From: Felis catus
Lineage: Eukaryota
DNA: 64,000 bases
NCBI RefSeq assembly: GCF_018350175.1
Contig: NC_058369.1
Coordinates: 684,001-748,000, forward strand
Reading direction: 5' to 3'
The position numbers and the translations under genes are program-made. The notes beneath the pieces were generated by a model that was not told the DNA's origin, ran no database searches, and saw only the letters and a program-made list of their open reading frames with translations. Positions 61,551 to 64,000 of this stretch are shown piece by piece (position 1 is the stretch's first letter; each line of letters starts with the position of its first letter).

Positions 61551-62029
61551 CGAAGGGGCTCCCACGCCGGTCCCCCACTACCGTCGGCGGGGCTCGGCTG
61601 CACCGCCGTCCTCCTCGCTCTCGGGCCCGGCCGAAGGGGCAGCCAGCCTCAGGAGGAGAACGGGCTCCTGGGGCGGACGGAAAGGGGCGAGGGGACACAC
61701 GCGCGGTCGCCATGCCTGGCTCGCCTTTCATCCGCCAGCATACGTGCCGCGGCTGTCTCCGCGCTAAGTGGGGCAGGAAGCGCCGGTCGCCACGTGCCCC
61801 GGGCACAGGACCCACGGAGACTGCGGCAGGGGCCGCCGTGCTCTAGGCGCAGACCGGCCGTGGGTCCCCAGGAAGGGTCTCACGAAGGAGCTGGAACTTG
61901 AGCTGGGCCTCTGGGGGGCAAGGTGGGGGGGGGACCAGGAGGAAGGCACCACGAGGAAGGCAAGTCAGGGAACGCGGGAGCCACAGCGGACAGAGGAACG
62001 CCACGCACGTACTTGTCTCCTACCACCAC

Positions 62030-62545
62030 GTAGCAAGTTATCGCGAACTGAGAGGCTGAAAGCAACGCTCTTCCGAACGTCTCTGTGGGTCCAGAGTGAG
62101 GGAACACGTGGCCCGGCATCCTGCTCCGATGGCCACGGTGGCGAACCTGGCGCGGGCTGGGCCTGTGCGGCCTCTGAGGCAGGGTCCCCTTCCAGGCTCA
62201 CAAGGCTGATGACAGAATTCCCTTGCTGGCAGCCGCATCCCTGGTGACGGCCTGCTTCCCCAAGGCCAGAGGAGAGTCTGTGACCTCATGAGGACCCCAG
62301 TCCCTCTTCTAAAGGGCTCCCCTGATTAGCTCAGGCCCACCCAGAATAATTCCCTTTTGGATGAACGGAAGGTCACCTGAGCAGGAATCTTCATTCCATC
62401 CGGAAAAGCCTCTCACCTTCGCCATATGTCACACTGTCATAGACACGACAGCCGTCACACCGCAGGTTCTACTCGCACTCAAGGACAGGGGATTCCACGA
62501 GGTCGTGAGCCACTGGGGACCATCTTAGCATTCTGCCTGCCACAC
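62030..62545 (-). mobile_element. Older MLT1 LTR
   Basis: TCAGGCCCACCCAGAATAATTCCCTTTT...GGGGACCATCTTAGCATTCTGCCTGCCACA. Confidence 0.75.
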
Positions 62546-63564
62546 CATCAAACACGCAGCGCAGGTGAGAGGTGGGGCCGGAAATGGCCCACAGGAGGCA
62601 GGCAGGGGAAGAGCTGGAGATGTGCTGGTGCCACCTGAGGTCTCTGCAAGACAGACGTAGGACGTGCGGGTGCCCTTGTCTTCGGGGTTTATTCTCAGTG
62701 CCCCAGAATCACAGCACCCGCCTTCCCCCGATTTTCCATGCTATGGGGGTAAGCGTCCTGAGTAACAGAGACTCTGCTCTGGTCTACGGAGGGCTTCCTG
62801 GCCCGGTCCACGGGGCAGCCCCGCGGGGAGGCATCTGCCCGCTGAATCACCTGCTTACTGTGTCACTCGATCATCGTTTCTTCTGGACCCCAGCCGAGGC
62901 CCCACGCACCACGGACACTGGAAGGAGGGTCCCTGCTTCTCCCCAGGCTGGGCGGGGAAAGACACAGCCCCCCTGCCCTACCACCGTGACCACAGGGAAA
63001 GGCAGTGGATGTTAGGGGAGATAATGCGGTCTCCCCTACTCACAATGGGTAAACGGAGACACAGGCGCCGTGCCCCAGGAGCATGACCCAAATACTTAGG
63101 TCTTCTGTCCACCCCACAGCACCTGCCTCCTTGAAATTAACCCTTCTGTGCTCACCAGGACCCTAGGTGTGGGGTGCCAGGCACCACGTAAGACACTCAC
63201 AGGCCAGGGCCCTCTCAACCACCCACGGGGTAAGGTGTGGACAGGTTCTGCTGGCAAGGTTTGCTAGTTGTCCCCCGATGTCCCTTCTCCTCCAAGTAGG
63301 GGAGCCTCACTTATGACTGCGCAAGTGACTCCTAGAGAAAAGACAACTTTCCCAGCCTGCCTGCAGCAGCATGTAGCTGCGTGGGTACGTTTGGGCCCGT
63401 GGAGTGTAGGGCAGGCGCGGTACGTCCAGTGTTTCGGTCATGCCCTCCGCGCCTCCTTGGTCCCCTGCATGGGACAGACGGGCCCCAAAGATGGTCACAC
63501 TTTCATCTTTGGAAACCATGCATATGGGGGATTGAGATTAGGGGCTTTAAAATAGGGAGATCGT

Positions 63565-64000
63565 CCGCTACATGCACAGCATGGAACACGACTCAGACAA
63601 AAAGGAAAGAACTCCTGATCCGTGTGAGAATTTGAAGGCGTCTCTGGAGAACTGTGCTGAGTGGGATCACCAGATCTCCAAAAGTTGGTGCTGTATGGTT
63701 GCATCTACGGAGCATTCTCAGGGGATTACAGAGATGGGCAGCAGATTTGTGGTACCCAGGGGTGAGGGGTGGCAGCGGGCGGCGGGGGGGGGGTGTCTGC
63801 CAGGGGTAACTGGAGGGTAGCTGCCCTGTATGTTGACTGGGGTGGTGAGTATTTAAGTCTATGCATCACCCGGCTCAGACTTCAACACACCGCCATGTGA
63901 CATCACTGTTCTGGTTTTGACAGTACGTTATAGATACACAAAATATAACCATTGGGGGAAGCAGAGAGAAAGGTACCAGGGACCTCTCTGGACTGATTCT
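63565..64000 (+). mobile_element. L1MC/L1MD-like 3' region (runs off the window)
   Basis: ACAGCATGGAACACGACTCAG...TGCTGAGTG...ATATAACCATTGGGGGAAGC. Confidence 0.7.

Overview
This is GC-rich mammalian genomic DNA, almost certainly from a cat (Felidae), judging by feline-type CanSINEs and a feline-type L1 3' end. It holds one complete protein-coding gene, EFNA2 (ephrin-A2), on the + strand. Four coding exons (4071-4213, 13384-13697, 15888-15953, 16523-16644) splice via GT-AG to 645 nt, giving 214 aa plus stop, with AATAAA at 17802. About 46 kb of apparently non-coding sequence follows. Positions 1-36 kb are relatively poor in large transposons and carry CpG islands and small AT-rich homeodomain-motif islands that are candidate EFNA2 enhancers. 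Positions 36-64 kb are a mosaic of old L1M, MaLR LTR, DNA-transposon and SINE relics. The most unusual observation concerns several dispersed ancient L1MB-type relics. They share near-identical, GC/CpG-shifted internal cores while their flanks are much more diverged, which suggests ectopic GC-biased gene conversion (concerted evolution of dead repeats). A (TCAGGG)-like array in intron 1 is the second notable structure. Repeat subfamily names are from recalled consensus sequences and identities were judged by eye; no searches were run.
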